Origin: the human T2T-CHM13v2.0 reference genome, Homo sapiens
NCBI RefSeq assembly: GCF_009914755.1
Contig: NC_060943.1
Strand: one strand, 5' to 3'
DNA length: 64,000 bases
The notes beneath the pieces were generated by a model. That model saw nothing but the letters and a program-made list of their open reading frames with translations, had not been told where the DNA came from and did no database searches. Made by a program: the position numbers and the translations under genes. Shown piece after piece: positions 54,145-64,000 of the stretch (position 1 is the first letter of the stretch; every line of letters begins with the position of its first letter).

Positions 54145-54470
54145 AATTTATTTTATTTCTTTTTATTTTTTGAATTTTTCTCTTTTTAGAGACAGGGTCT
54201 TGCTCTATCGCCCAGGTTGGAGTGCACTGGTGCAATCACAGATCACTGCAGCTTTGACCTCCAGGGCTCAAGTGATCCTCCCACCTAAGCTTACTGAGTA
54301 CCTGGGTCTACAGGTGTACAACACCACACCCAGCTAATTTTTAAAATTTTTATAGAGATAGGCTCTCACTATGTTGCCCAGGTTGATCTCGAACTCCTGG
54401 CTCAAACGATCCTCCAACCTCTGCCTCCCAACTTTCTGGGATTATAGGTGTGAGCCACCATGCTAAGCCT
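54145..54470 (-). mobile_element. AluJ
   Basis: 'gagacagggtcttgctct...gggctcaagtgatcctcccacc...tcctggctcaaacgatcc'. Confidence 0.93.
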
Positions 54471-56224
54471 AAATCACTTTTAATTATGACCCGTCTGTAA
54501 CAAAGCCAAGTCCCCAAGTACTGACAGAGAGCTCACCTGAGTGGGCCCTCAATGTTCTTCAAAATTAATACCAGGAGCATGGAAAACTCACGTTTTTTTG
54601 AATCTCTCTCCAAAGTCCAGCCCTCTGTGGTGGGAAATGGGGAATCCACCCCTCAGATTTGCCACGCAGTAGACAAGTTGTAAGGAGAAAGGGACCTCTG
54701 CGTTTGTTTGGGGCCAGGATGAGATGGGCCATTGGACTGGCTCCTGGTGGCCAGAGAGAAACAAGAAATCAGCCAGTCTCCTGGTCTACGGACAGGAAGA
54801 GACCTCGGGAGAGAAGTCAAGAAGGTTATTTGATAGATTGAATGAGCCCTCTCGGTGCTGGACTGCAATTACCTTAGGGTGGAGATTGTGAGGTGGAGGC
54901 TGTCTTCATGCCTACTCTATAGAAACTGACATATTAATGCTTCCCTTGTAGAGCTTCATGAAATCAGGTATTTCCACAACTGCCTTTCTAGAACAAAACA
55001 GCTTTACACACAGAGCCCTAGATCCTGATGGATGCTCTCAGTGAATACTAGCTTTTGTCAGAGTGAATTTCTTTCTTTCAATTGCAGGATCAGAAATATG
55101 TACTTTGGAAATATTGGGAATGACATGCTTGGCATCACCCTTGAATGTTCAGTATTAAGGAGGGCCCTACAGGGAAGGGTGCATTCAAGGCCCAGAGCCC
55201 AGCCCTCATCCAGCTGCTCGCTCACTGCTCCTTCAGGCTAGCAACCTGCATATCGCCCTTCGTCTGGGATTCTCTTTTCTTTTCCCAGACCTGGGAAGGA
55301 ACATGCCTGTGTTTTCGTTCTATGAGACTCTGCCTATTCCCATAGGAGGGCTGGCCTTGATGTGGGCTGCTGGCTTGGACAAGAGGGTCCTCCATCCCCC
55401 CAAATCTCCCCTTTCTGCTCTTAGGTTTTGAAACATTTTTAACAAGGAAAGATATGTCTTGCTTCGTTGGTGAGATACTTTTAAAGTGATGTTAGTTTTG
55501 AAAAGGGTTCATTCACCAAAACTGAAAGGAGATTTTCTTCTAAGACTGTTCTTAGCAGGAGAAAGAGGAAGGCTAGAAATCCCAGGAAGGGTGCCATATT
55601 CCCAGCATCAGTAAATATTTGCTTAATAAATGAATAAATGACTCTGGGTGTCTGGCAAGGATGGATACCACAGGTCCTGAAAAGGACCTTCCCAGAGGCA
55701 TTTGTTTCCTCTCCAGTAATGGGGAGAGTGCTAGGCATGGAAGAGGAATTCCATAAATGTTTGCTGAACTGAACTGAAGAAAAGGAGAGTCTAGCATGGA
55801 TAAGTCCACTCTGCTGACTTCAAAAATTGATGCAGGTCTCTTGATGTCAGCCCCCCAAATACTTTCCCATCCTTCGACACACTGGCTCTGCCTTCATGCA
55901 GTGGCCACGATATTGTCCCTGCCCCTTTCTGGTTCTGACTCTTCCGACATTGTCAGCCTTGCTGTCAAGATCCTTCTCATGTCCATTGATTCCTGTGACT
56001 CTCATTGCATCCTCTCCTCAGTCCCTCAGTTGATAACTTTTAAACCTAATATCCATATTTCCCATGGTCATCCCATGGACACAGGCTGGGACCGCTCCCC
56101 AAAGCCATCTAGAAAGACCCCCTTTTCTCCCTTCTCCATCTTGACAGCAAACCATCAACCCAATGTTAAGGAAAGGCACAACCATCAGAACATTTTAGCA
56201 AATAACATAGGTGTAAAATTGTTT

Positions 56225-56333
56225 TGTGATCCAACCACCCTGGCTTGCCCATGACTGTCCCAGTTTAGCACTGGAAGTCCCATGTCCCTGGAAAACCGTT
56301 GGCTCTAGACAAACCTGGAGGGTTGGTCTGCCT
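56225..56333. mobile_element. MER81 (hAT-Blackjack) within an old L1 fragment (~56200-56640)
   Basis: 'gactgtcccagtttagcactggaagtcccatgtccctggaaaacc...caaacctggagggttggtc'. Confidence 0.75.
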
Positions 56334-56884
56334 GCCCAGCAATACCACAGCCAGAGTCTACTCCAAAAAAATAGACATAGATGTGTATCAAGACTTAACC
56401 AAGGCGCTTTTGCCAGAGCATTATTTTAAACATGAAAACACTGCAAATGGGCTAAATGTCCAACAACAAAGCAGCAGCTAATAACTATTATGTCTTTGCC
56501 ATACAGTAAGCCACTCTGGTGCCATGACAAAGGACGTGCTGGAGGAAGGCTGGGAGATGTGGGGAATATGAAGAGGGATGTATAATATTGAAGCATAAAT
56601 GATGCAGACTCAGGTGAAGGTGCATGTATTCTACATACAAAGAGTATACTTAGCACTTTGGGCCCTGGAGCCAATCCAGCTAATTAAATCATGGCTTTGC
56701 CCTTTACTAGCTATGTAATAGAGGGTAAATTACTTAATTCTTCCATGCCTTGGTTTCTTCATCTGTGAATGTGGTTAACAACAGCACCTACCTTATCAGG
56801 CAGTAGTGAGGATTTCATGGGTTCCTATACATAAAGCACTGGGAACAAAGACCAGCTGATAGAGTTTGGATATTTGTTGCTGCC

Positions 56885-57573
<689 letters not shown>

Positions 57574-58014
57574 CTGTCCAAATGACAGTGCTGGAGTTGG
57601 GGCCTGGTGGGAGGTATTTGGATTATGGAGGCGGATCTCTCATAAATGGCTTTGGCCATCCTCTTGATGGTGAGTGAGCTCTTACTCTGAGTTCACAGGT
57701 GAACTTACACCTCCCCTACACACACACTCTTTCTCTCACTCCTGCTCTTGCATATGAGACACCTGCTCCCCCTTCACCTTCCACCATGAGTAAGAGCTTC
57801 CTGAGGCCTCACCAGAAACTGAGCAGATGCTGGCATCATGCTTGTACAAACTACAGAACCATGAGCCAATTAAACATATTTTCTTTATAAATTACCCAGA
57901 CTCGGGTATTCCTTTAAAGCAATGCAAGAACAGCCTATCAAACTGGCACAGAATAGGCACTCAACAGACAGTTGCTGCTGCTACTGGTGGTGGTGGCAGT
58001 GGAGGAGGAAATGG

Positions 58015-58170
58015 TTATTGAGCCTGTGCCACATGTCAGGCTCAAAGCTAAACCCTTGTTGTGACTTTCTTCATTTAATCCTCATGGAGTCCCCATAATC
58101 CAGTTTAAGGAGTTGCCAAAGCTCCCCCACTGGTAAATTGTGAGCCATGATTCAAGCACAGGCCCTTAAA
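58015..58170 (-). mobile_element. MIR fragment
   Basis: 'tattgagcctgtgccacatgtcaggc...tcatttaatcctca...gattcaagcacagg'. Confidence 0.7.
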
Positions 58171-59047
58171 GTCATTACTGAGAACACCCGGCAGGGCACT
58201 GGCGAGTAACGTGTGATAGTGTTGCCATCCTCCATGCCCAGGCTAACTTAACCTTGGACAGGAGCATAACTGCTTGTCAGAATCTCATCCCTGCTGACAG
58301 TCATTAACTTTAAGGCAGCACAGAAGAGAGCATGTTAAGTTAAACTCAGACCTGTGCTTGTCAATTACAATGCCTTTAGAAAGATGCTACCATGATTCAC
58401 GATGGACTCAACATGTTCATGTCGACAAGGAAGACTGGATGTCACACGCTGGACAAAGGTGGTGTAAACTGCCAGATTCCCAGTGATAGGCCAAGGAATT
58501 CCAAAGTTAGGAGAGCTCCAGGTGTCAAACTCATGAAGGACTTTCTCTCAGGTATTGAACATCTATCTGCCTAAAGCCTCCAACTGCCTTTCAAGAGAAG
58601 ACCCTTATCTTCAAAGAAGACATGACTGAATTAAGGGGAAAAAGGTTACTCAAAAGTTTAATCAAATAGGAAATGCAGACCAATACCTAATATTCTTTGA
58701 TGTGCTTCAAAGATAGGCAGTCAATCATGAAAGTGTTTGAAGAAATCGCAATCAAGATTACCAATGTGGGATTTGAAGAGGCAGCAGCTCCCGGGAAGTG
58801 GGGCATCACTGCTCATGGCCAAGAGTAATTGGACATAAAGAACGCATAGATTCAACTTTTGATAACTTCAATTGTGATTTAGAAGAACAAATCAGAATGA
58901 AATTGAATGGATAAATGAACATCTTATTGCGGGCTGAAACATTTTTCTGTTCAATTCATTAGTGCCACCCCATTCCCAAATAAAGAAGCTCTGATGTTTC
59001 TTATGACTAATGGTGTTGTAATATTTAGGAAAGAAGGAAAGAAGTGA

Positions 59048-59053
<6 letters not shown>

Positions 59054-59094
<41 letters not shown>
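59054..59094. repeat. Pure (TG)n microsatellite of about 20 units
   Basis: Directly visible. Confidence 0.97.
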
Positions 59095-59097
<3 letters not shown>

Positions 59098-60939
59098 ATA
59101 TATATTACCATATTGTGTTACATATTTATTAATTATATATTATTCTATTATATATCTCTCAAAAGATTATAATAATGATAATTATATTTGGGCAGTGAGA
59201 TCATAGATGTCTTCAAATTTTTCCTTGTATCCTTCGTCTGAATTTTCTGCATTATCCTCACTGACAATGCCCAATTTCAGTAATAAGAAAACTCACACCG
59301 AAGAATGCAAAAATATCTGAAGCCAAACCTATGTAGTCCAAAGCTGTCTGCTTTCTAGTTTCTATGCTAAGCCCAACTTGCACATTCAAAACACCATTCC
59401 CGTTACATGCATGCAGTAATGTTTCATCAAAATTGCATCTGGAGTCATGTCCCTGGACACTGGGCTGTCAGGGATTAAGATGGGTGCCTCTAAATTCTGG
59501 GGGACGGGCTACCTATTGAGCCGTAGGTAGTGCCTGCATTTTGTTACCCATGGTGACAGCTGCCAATGTGTGAGTGAATGTGAAATGTCAAGTTCTTTGG
59601 CACCATTCCTGGAAGAATCTGTAATTTACTGGCTTCCTCATGTCACTGTCTGAAGTATTGCCTGGGAGACAGGCTATGACCCACCCTGGATCTTGGCCCA
59701 GCTTTCTTTAGGGTTCTCTGAAGGCCACTTTCCCATGAGGGTCCTTTGGTGGGAGCCCTTCCCATTCATTTTCCTCTTGCTTCGAATTTCTCCTGGGGAA
59801 GGGAATGGGGTCTCTGGCAACTTATTTTTTTTTCCTGCTTGTATTTCTGGGTGAAATCCCATGGAGGCACAAAGTGTGGAGCGGGGGATGCTGCTCGCCC
59901 CATCTTATTTTAAACCATGATAAGGTGGCAGGAGCCTTCAGCGATCAGGAAGGAAGAGACAACCGGAGAGTGGCAGGAGTGAGCAGAAATGACTCCAAAA
60001 CGGCTTTGGTATTTGCTGGAGGCCTCACAGAGAGGATGCCTGCCAGTTTCGTTTTTATTTTTTATTTTTTAATACCAATTCAGTCAACACAAGCTAGGCA
60101 GTGTGTGGATCACTTTTTTTAATTGCTGCAAATGAAATGCATAATTAAATGCCATAAATTAAAAACTGACACTGGATGATCTCACTATGTCTGATCCAAC
60201 AAAACAACTCACCCCAAAATGTGGAGAAAGCAGAAGCCTTCCTTCACTGATGTGCATTCTAGCCTCTGTTGAGGACATGCACTCCTGCAAACCTATAGAT
60301 CCAGGAAAGGTCCTCAGACCTACCACCCCTGAAAATAGTGATGCACTGACCTCCTGTGTGCTCTGTGGCCAGTGGTGTGCACGTAGGAAAATTGCATGCT
60401 ACAGATATTCTCCTCCCAAGCAAAGATTCAACCTGGTCAGACAAAAGTGACTGGTCAACTTGGTCAAACAACAAGACAATGAAATGACAGAAGAATGGAA
60501 GATAGACGTGGGCATGGAATAAGTTGTGAATCTAAAGTCTAGGCAGGCAGACACCCGAGTCTGAATCCATGGGATTAATACCAATTTGTGCAGTTCCATT
60601 TTGAATAATTGGCTAAGCCAAAAGTGTCCAGACTCATCTCATTATTAAATAGAACCTGAAGCAACATCAGCCCTGTTCTCTCTCTTAAACACCAAACTCA
60701 AAGTTCTATCAGTTGCATCCCTTTCTTTGCATGCTCAGGCAACACCTTAGTCAACATGGTCATGACCAAGCTCATTGGTTTCTGGCTTGGTTGATGGAAG
60801 AAAGAAAGCACGGTGTCTCCCTGAGCCCTCTGGTATCTACCCACCCCTAACACAAGTACACTACAAGTCCATGCCATTCATGGCACTCAATGGGCCTGCT
60901 GTCGTCTGCTCTTTTCACCTTCCTGCCTCTGGTGTTTCT

Positions 60940-61490
60940 CCTTTCCAGTGTGCCCTCCGCCATGATACCACCAGAGGTGGCTTTCTAAATGTGGGTTGGC
61001 ACATTCCACCTTCTTCCTTGGAAATGCTTATTAACTCTCCCCTGGCTGTAGGATAAATCCAAAACCTGTCAATGTGCCCTTCGGGACTTTCTTGATCCTT
61101 CGACCTAGTAATAGTCAAGCCTGGAGGCTACAGCACCTTCCAGAGACCTGACCCCAGCCAGGAGAGAGAATTTGCCTTTGAACGGGCCATGTTCCTGGGC
61201 CTCGAGTGACCCCCCCGGGCAAAGGTATAAATGCAGGTGAAGTGCCCTTCCCTGGCACTCTTCACCCATCACAATCTTGTTCTTTGAAGGCTCAGCTCCC
61301 GTTAACAGACCTTCAGTTGGGCCAAGTCCTGGAACTACTACACCATGGGAGAATCACCCTCTGCAGCTGGCTTATTACCTGGTGGGACTGAACTCCCTGA
61401 GGACAGGGATCATTTTTAACTCATTTTTTTTCATCTTGTCATCATCCAGCATACAAATCCGGGAGACTCAAGAAATGTTTGTTGAATACA
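60940..61490 (+). mobile_element. L2 fragments (3' region)
   Basis: 'ctgtaggataaatccaaaac', 'ggactgaactccctgaggacaggga', 'ctcaagaaatgtttgttgaat'. Confidence 0.7.
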
Positions 61491-61509
61491 CAAAACTCTG
61501 AAATAATCA

Positions 61510-63460
<1,951 letters not shown>

Positions 63461-64000
63461 AACTCAGACAGGAAAAAGTTATAATTCCTGAGAGCAGTAC
63501 CAGGTAACTGAGGCCATATTCTGAAATCAAAAATACCAGGAGGCCTGGGTATTTGCCTCCCCTCTCTTCCCTGCTCACCTGGACCAGACAGGCTGCTGCA
63601 AACCCTCAGTCTTCGGATGGACTTGAAGCTGTCAGTCTGTGGCTCTGTCAATCACGGGCCTTTCGAAAAGACTCAAATTCATTAGGAGGGGAAAAAAGCC
63701 TTTAAGAAAATGTTGTCAGAAAGAATCAATCAGTTTAAACATTTAAAAGTAAAATGTGCGTCAGTTAGTCTCCATGGGAAGGTTTTCATATTGCAGGGCA
63801 TTCCCTCCTGGAGCCCCGCATTCTGAAGTTTCCTTCTGAGGCTCGGCTGCTCTTGAGGTGAGGGCAGGGGAGGAGGCAGCAGCAGCCTGTGAGCTGGGGG
63901 TGCTGAGGCTGAGTGAGAAGTGGCCATGTCATTCTCTAGCACTGCACATCTCACATGGATATAAAGAGATGACATGGTTTCAGGTTCTTTATCAGTCAGG

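Noticed and set aside
55796-56254. 152-aa ATG-initiated ORF
   Set aside because: No recognisable domain or splice context, and it lies among L2/L1/MER81 fragments. Chance ORF.
60968-60981. CTCF-like motif ccaccagaggtggc
   Set aside because: Mismatch in the core GGC register and located in L2-derived sequence.

Overview
This is primate (very probably human or great-ape) non-coding DNA, intergenic or deep-intronic. The Alu J/S/Y, L1PA, THE1 and MST elements show this. I find no supportable protein-coding gene, RNA gene or CRISPR array. The ORF track consists of Alu, L1-ORF2, microsatellite and chance ORFs. Bases ~1-40,000 and ~54,000-64,000 are dense in retrotransposon and DNA-transposon fossils, several nested with readable target-site duplications (TSDs). 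Bases ~41,000-53,500 are Alu-free, mostly unique and rich in homeodomain-type motifs, resembling a regulatory landscape. The best leads are a compact NF-kB/CRE/nuclear-receptor/M-box motif cluster (15,585-15,645), a possible bidirectional promoter with consensus splice sites suggesting lncRNA exons (~44,000-45,540 and 16,449-16,565), an inverted-deleted L1 insertion, 3- and 4-level TE nests, and tandem duplications of TE termini. I cannot support a new biological system from sequence alone. Repeat subfamily names come from recalled consensus sequences and boundaries are approximate unless a TSD is quoted.
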